Origin: Archaeoglobus sp. JdFR-37
Lineage (GTDB): Archaea; Halobacteriota; Archaeoglobi; Archaeoglobales; Archaeoglobaceae
Direction of reading: 5' to 3'
DNA: 52,273 nucleotides
Assembly: GCA_002010215.1 (NCBI GenBank)
Contig: MTMY01000007.1
Coordinates: forward strand, 62,001-114,273
The notes below the pieces were generated by a model. That model searched no databases. It was not told the origin of the DNA and worked only from the letters and a program-made list of their open reading frames with translations. Shown here in pieces: positions 47,625 through 52,273 of this stretch. Both the position numbers and the translations under genes were made by a program. How positions within the stretch are numbered: the first letter of the stretch is position 1; each line of letters opens with the position of its first letter.

Positions 47625-48329
47625 ATGTATGTCCTTACAATCGATATGTTACAGTATGATTGCCCCTTTGTGAATACCTCAGATGACTTGGATGTCTCAT
47701 ATTTCGGTACCTACTGGGATTTTGGGCCCAATTCGTTCATCATCCGGGGATACATAATCGCTAAGGATTCTGATGAGCTTCAGAACGCAATTTATGCGTT
47801 GCAAACTCAGCCGAAATTTCACAAGCTGGATTTTCTATCCAAGGAGAGGAACATAGCTTCCGTCAGGGTTGAAATAGATTATACAGATGCGATGAAAGCT
47901 ATAAGGCGGAACCACGGCTACATCGTCGGGCCATTCCACGTCAGAAACGGAAGCGAGCTGTGGCAGGTGGGTTTTGACACAAAGGCAGATGTTGAAAGGG
48001 CTCTGCAGGACTTGGAGAAAAACAATCAGTTCGTCATACGTAACCAGAACAGGATTACCGTGGAGGACTTCTCCAGAATAATAAGCCATTCATCAATATT
48101 GGCCGACTTGATGAGGGCAATCGATGAACTTACTCCCACAGAGAAATCAATTCTGAAAGCAGCCATAAAGCACGGATTCTATGAAGATCCTAGGAAGGTG
48201 AACATAACGAAGTTGGCGAGAGAGTTTAGGATATCCAAGGCCGGAATTTCTAAGAACATAAGGAGGGCTGAGAAGAAAATCCTGACTCACATCGGGAAGA
48301 TAATTTCTCTTAACAATGAAAGAGTATAG
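47625..48329 (+). CDS. Bacterio-opsin activator-like HTH-10 transcription regulator
   Basis: QYDCPF N-terminus and C-terminal LT..E..IL..A...GFYEDPRK......LA..F.IS....S..IRRAEKK. Confidence 0.9.
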   Translation: MYVLTIDMLQYDCPFVNTSDDLDVSYFGTYWDFGPNSFIIRGYIIAKDSDELQNAIYALQTQPKFHKLDFLSKERNIASVRVEIDYTDAMKAIRRNHGYIVGPFHVRNGSELWQVGFDTKADVERALQDLEKNNQFVIRNQNRITVEDFSRIISHSSILADLMRAIDELTPTEKSILKAAIKHGFYEDPRKVNITKLAREFRISKAGISKNIRRAEKKILTHIGKIISLNNERV

Positions 48330-48429
48330 TTTGTGTGGGTGAGCAAGTAATTCTCATCAAAGTAACTTTTCTCTTTAATGTGCTTTAATGTGAAAAGTTC
48401 TGTTTGAGGTCAGAGCAGACCTGTGGTTC

Positions 48430-48459
48430 TGTGAACATGTTAACTTCACACTTTAAATC
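48430..48459 (+). promoter_or_regulatory. Palindromic operator GTGAACATGTTAAC upstream of TATA of the transporter operon
   Basis: 48431-48444 shares TGAnCATGnTAA with the 47534 site. TTTAAAT at 48452. Confidence 0.55.
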
Positions 48460-48486
48460 GTGATGTTATTTTAATGGGCCTCGGAG

Positions 48487-48933
48487 GTGATTAAAATCAG
48501 CCTGCGAGGCAATATTATCCTTTTAAACGGAGCAGTGATGCTGCTGGTTCTAGTTGCAGCACTGATGAACTCTTGGCAACTCCTTGGCTACTTGGTGGGA
48601 CTCAGCCTGACTCTGTGGCTAATTACTGGAGCCATGAAGGAGAACGAGCTTGGGCCAGCTTTGTGGCTTGGAATTACTCTGTTTGTTTTCTGGGCTGTGT
48701 GTATATCTCTGATATTCAAATATTGGGCGGAATTCAGAGGACAATTTCCAGCGTTCACTATTGCCGGCATGCATCCCGGGTTCTTTGTATTATTCCCAGT
48801 GATGTGGCTGTTACTATTCATCCCGGGAACTCTCAGCTATGCCCTGATCTTTGACAAGTGGATTCTCAGCGAGGAGACCTGGAATGAGTTCAAGAAGAAG
48901 GTTGAGGGCATAGAGGGAGGTGAGGAGCAATGA
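48487..48933 (+). CDS. Small membrane protein, partner of the sodium:solute symporter
   Basis: Four TM helices, ATGA-coupled to the symporter. Confidence 0.75.
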   Translation: MIKISLRGNIILLNGAVMLLVLVAALMNSWQLLGYLVGLSLTLWLITGAMKENELGPALWLGITLFVFWAVCISLIFKYWAEFRGQFPAFTIAGMHPGFFVLFPVMWLLLFIPGTLSYALIFDKWILSEETWNEFKKKVEGIEGGEEQ

Positions 48934-50402
48934 GTGACCCTGTTACAGTGACTGTTGTCATCGGTTACTTCGTTCTCACCTTTGCAATAGGCCTCTACGC
49001 TGTGAAGCGTGTGAAGACTGCTGAGCACTATTTCGGAGCCCATAAGCTGTTTGGAGCAGTTGTGACTTCGGTTGCTGCCTTTGCATCCATCATGAGTGGT
49101 TTCGGTTTCATTGGGGGTCCTGGCCTGGTGTATGCCCTCGGTGCCACCTCTCTCTGGATAACTCTGGCTGCACCGATAGGCTTTGGTTTGGGATGGTTCA
49201 TAGTTGGGAAGAGGATAAGGCTTATAGCGGAAGTTCGTCCAATAGCAACACTTCCTGACATCGCAGCAGCTAGATTCAAGAGCGAGGCCGTTAGAGGTCT
49301 TTTAGCCGTCAGCCTGGTGTTGGGAGTTATAGCCTATCTTGGTACTCAGGTTATGGCTGGCGGCTATGTGGTCTCAGGACTTCTCGGCGTAAATCTCGAG
49401 ACAGCAATACTCATCATCTTCGGAATAACAATGGTTTACACAGCAATTGCCGGAATGGCTGCCAGCATCCTAACGGACTTCTTCCAGGGGCTAATAATGA
49501 TCGTTGCAGCAATCGGAGTCCTCATATTCGCCCTGATGATGACCGGCGGAACAGAAGGACTTTTCACCACCATTGGCCAGAAGGACCCAATTCTGATAGA
49601 CCCACTTGGTAAGGGAACCTGGGTTCTCGTCCTGATGTGGTACTTTGTGTTTGCTCTCGGTGGACTTGGGCAGCCCCATCTGGCAACTAAGTTCTACGCC
49701 CTGAGGAATTACAGAGACCTGAAGTGGGGAGCGCTCATCAGCGGTGGAAGCTACATGCTCTCTAGCCTCCTCTGGATATTCGTCGGCTATGCTGCCCTCT
49801 GGCTTGTGATCGGTGGCAAGATTCCAGCCCTTCAAAAGCCCGACCAGGCGGCGATAGCCTTCTTGGGTCAGCTTCCGGTCTGGATGGCTGCAGTCGTATA
49901 TGCCGGACTGCTTGCGGCCATAATGTCCACAGCCAGCGGGTTCATATCCATTGGGACTGCTGCAATAGTCCGCGACCTGCCTTTGGCCTTTGGGAAGGAG
50001 CTTGAACACTCCAAGCAGGTCTGGTGGGGTAGGATAGTGACAATCCTCCTGACAGTCTTCGCAGTCATCTTTGGATACTTCGGGAAGTACCTCGTCGCAA
50101 TCCTCGGAGCTCTCGGTTGGGGCTACTTTGCCTCTGCAACACTGCCACTTCTTGCCATTGGCTTAAACTGGAAAAGAGCAACCAGAGAAGGGGCCATAGC
50201 AAGCCTGACTGTGGCGCTGGTGCTGAACATAGGGTTCCTGATTTACGAGAAGGTTCTAGGGATGAAGTTGCCCTATGCTCTGCCAAGCTACGGAATCAGC
50301 ATAATCGCGGCACTGCTAGTTATTATCGTGGTGTCGCTCTTTACGAGGGGCGCAGCAGAGGAAGATCTAGATCCGGACATAAAGGCAGCCATTGAGGCTT
50401 AA
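48930..50402 (+). CDS. Sodium:solute symporter (PutP/PanF family)
   Basis: ASIMSGFGFIGGPG, TDFFQG, GQPH, LAAIMST, WKRATREGA. Confidence 0.93.
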   Translation: MSDPVTVTVVIGYFVLTFAIGLYAVKRVKTAEHYFGAHKLFGAVVTSVAAFASIMSGFGFIGGPGLVYALGATSLWITLAAPIGFGLGWFIVGKRIRLIAEVRPIATLPDIAAARFKSEAVRGLLAVSLVLGVIAYLGTQVMAGGYVVSGLLGVNLETAILIIFGITMVYTAIAGMAASILTDFFQGLIMIVAAIGVLIFALMMTGGTEGLFTTIGQKDPILIDPLGKGTWVLVLMWYFVFALGGLGQPHLATKFYALRNYRDLKWGALISGGSYMLSSLLWIFVGYAALWLVIGGKIPALQKPDQAAIAFLGQLPVWMAAVVYAGLLAAIMSTASGFISIGTAAIVRDLPLAFGKELEHSKQVWWGRIVTILLTVFAVIFGYFGKYLVAILGALGWGYFASATLPLLAIGLNWKRATREGAIASLTVALVLNIGFLIYEKVLGMKLPYALPSYGISIIAALLVIIVVSLFTRGAAEEDLDPDIKAAIEA

Positions 50403-50445
50403 TTTTTTAATTTAATTTATTTTAATTTTTGTTACTTTAATTTTC
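50401..50445 (+). terminator. T-rich intercistronic terminator/attenuator-like tract
   Basis: Dense oligo-T runs between the symporter and the CoA-transferase. Confidence 0.4.
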
Positions 50446-50461
50446 AAGGAGGTGGGAAGGT

Positions 50462-51799
50462 ATGAGTGATTACTTCCAGTGGGTAAACGAGCTCTTCAGC
50501 TTGGATAAAGTCTATGAAAAGCCGGAGGTGCTTGAAGGCGTAAGAGTTCTGGATTTGACAATGGTCATCCATGGGCCTGAAACCACTTCACTACTGGCTG
50601 AGTTTGGAGCAGAGGTCATCAAGATAGAACCGCCAGCAATGGGGGATTTGATAAGGAGTGTCAGCCTCTGGGCCAGGTTCTGGAAGGAAGCTTCGCTGGG
50701 CGCCATGTGGGTAAATCGAAACAAATATCATGTTTCCATCGACCTGAAAAATCCGAAAGGGAAAGACCTTTTCATGAAACTGGTGAAAAAAAGTGACGTT
50801 GTTGTTGAAAACTTCAGGCCCGGAATAATGGACAAGCTCGGTCTGAGCTACAGACATCTGAAAGAAATCAACCCCAACATAATCTACATCTCTCTCAGCG
50901 GTTACGGGCAATGGGGTGAGCGGTGGGACTGGCCGAGTTTTGATGCAAGCGGCCAGGCCATGAGCGGCGCTTCAGCGGTTTCAGGCTACGAAGGAAGACT
51001 TCCCTTGAGATTCCCCCACTATCCTGGAGACTTTATAAACGCTACAGTAGGGTTCATGTGCGTTCTTGCAGCTCTTTACTATAGGGATAAAACTGGTAAG
51101 GGTCAGTACATAGACATAAGCCAAGTTGAGGTCTTTCCTAGGATAATGGATGCCATATACGCCTATGTGGCTCTAAAAGGGGAGAACAGGCCTAGGATGG
51201 GGAACAGAGACCCGAATTTGTCGCCAGCGAACATGTACAAGACAAAGGACGGAAAGCTGGTGGTAATCTCCGTTTTATCCAACAGGGAATTTGAGGGGTT
51301 ATGCAGGGCGATGAACGCACAGCATCTCCTGGCAGATGAGCGATTTGCAAGCATATCGGCGAGGCTGAAAAGGGAAAATGCAGATGAGCTGGACAGAATC
51401 GTTGCAGAATGGGTTTCCAGCAGGAATCTCGAAGATATAATCGAAGCCTCCAAGAAATACGGCTTTTCAGCCTCACCTGTAAGAAGCAGCTTTGAAGTTT
51501 ACCACGATGAGCATCTGAGGGCAAGAGGCAGCGTATGGTTCTATGACGATCCGGTGTACGGGGATATGGTTGCTGCGGGCAATCCCATCAAGCTCAGCAG
51601 GACTCCCGCCAGAATAAAGTGGTCGGTTTATCCGGTGGGCTACCATAACCGCTACGTCTTCAAGAGGCTGCTGGGACTCAGCGATGATGAGATTGAGGAG
51701 CTGGTTAAGGAAGGAGCAATATCCTACTGGGCGGACTTCATTGGCAGAAAACCTCCAACCGATTTCAAACCTGAGGAGGACCCGGTTTTCATGTGGTGA
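50462..51799 (+). CDS. Family III CoA-transferase (CaiB/BaiF)
   Basis: LEGVRVLDL, GAEVIKIEPP..GD, NRNK, ENFRPG, catalytic-Asp region SFD, GQYIDIS. Confidence 0.94.
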   Translation: MSDYFQWVNELFSLDKVYEKPEVLEGVRVLDLTMVIHGPETTSLLAEFGAEVIKIEPPAMGDLIRSVSLWARFWKEASLGAMWVNRNKYHVSIDLKNPKGKDLFMKLVKKSDVVVENFRPGIMDKLGLSYRHLKEINPNIIYISLSGYGQWGERWDWPSFDASGQAMSGASAVSGYEGRLPLRFPHYPGDFINATVGFMCVLAALYYRDKTGKGQYIDISQVEVFPRIMDAIYAYVALKGENRPRMGNRDPNLSPANMYKTKDGKLVVISVLSNREFEGLCRAMNAQHLLADERFASISARLKRENADELDRIVAEWVSSRNLEDIIEASKKYGFSASPVRSSFEVYHDEHLRARGSVWFYDDPVYGDMVAAGNPIKLSRTPARIKWSVYPVGYHNRYVFKRLLGLSDDEIEELVKEGAISYWADFIGRKPPTDFKPEEDPVFMW

Positions 51800-51827
51800 T
51801 TGGAGAATGTTGACAGGAGGTGGTAAC

Positions 51828-52273
51828 ATGTCTGACAATCAAAAATCTTGGGTAGAATATGCTAAAAAGCTGACCGATCCGGCAGATGCGAGGTTCAAGG
51901 ATGATGTGCTGAAAGACATTGTTGTTCTGGATATAAGCGTGGCACAGCCATCTGCCCATGTAACCTCATCAATTCTTGCAGAGCTTGGAGCAAGGGTAAT
52001 AAAAGTCGAACCACCTGAGGGCGACCCGCTGCGTAAAATCTCGCCTTTCGGTGAGTACTACTTCAACAATACCGGCCTAAATTTCTTGGTTGAGGGCAGA
52101 AACAAGGAGTTCATCACACTCAACTTGGATAGAGAGGAGGGCAGGGAACTCTTCAAAAAGCTCGTCACACATGCAGATGTTGTAATCGAATCCTTCCCGC
52201 CTGGTTATGCAGATGAGCTAGGAATTGGCTATAGACAGCTCAGAGAAATCAAGCCGGACATCATTTACCTTGC
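51828..52273 (+). CDS. Second family III CoA-transferase subunit (partial, runs off window end)
   Basis: Not in ORF track. ATG 51828 after GGAGGTGG RBS: ...VLKDIVVLDIS...LGARVIKVEPPEGDPLR...GRNK. Confidence 0.9.
   Translation, partial: MSDNQKSWVEYAKKLTDPADARFKDDVLKDIVVLDISVAQPSAHVTSSILAELGARVIKVEPPEGDPLRKISPFGEYYFNNTGLNFLVEGRNKEFITLNLDREEGRELFKKLVTHADVVIESFPPGYADELGIGYRQLREIKPDIIYL

Noticed and set aside
1..52273. CRISPR array or cas operon suggested by the Cas4-like gene
   Set aside because: No regularly spaced repeats seen in any intergenic region, and no cas1/cas2.

Overview
Archaeal chromosome segment, most consistent with Archaeoglobaceae (inferred from Alba, MtxX/Mmp4, archaeal RtcB, Sec61beta, GGAGGTGA ribosome-binding sites and BRE/TATA promoters). 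It has three parts. (1) 1-19.9 kb holds housekeeping genes: PhoU-type regulator, Nudix, mtxX, MarC, MetE-like protein, a membrane PLD protein, alba, SAMP, engB, secG, tmk, a beta-CASP nuclease, rtcB and a TrmO-dUTPase fusion. (2) Directly after tRNA-Ser(GCT) at 20163-20243 there is a ~26 kb, largely AT-richer defence/mobile island. It carries a five-gene BREX/restriction-like operon (frameshifted DUF6884-like gene, DUF1156 adenine methylase, DUF499-type ATPase with an Ig-like domain, mini-PglZ, small unknown) with no SNF2 helicase. It also carries a divergent pair ending in a putative restriction nuclease, a Rad50/RloC-like ATPase with an uncalled small partner, a sacsin-NOV + NucS-like + HEPN cassette, several PD-(D/E)XK nucleases and gene remnants. 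At the right end is a small-repressor / Cas4-like / truncated serine recombinase module. (3) 46.4-52.3 kb is a catabolic locus (flavin oxidoreductase, HTH-10 activator, sodium:solute symporter, two family III CoA-transferases) with a shared palindromic operator. No CRISPR array was seen. Family assignments come from motif recognition by eye, not database searches.
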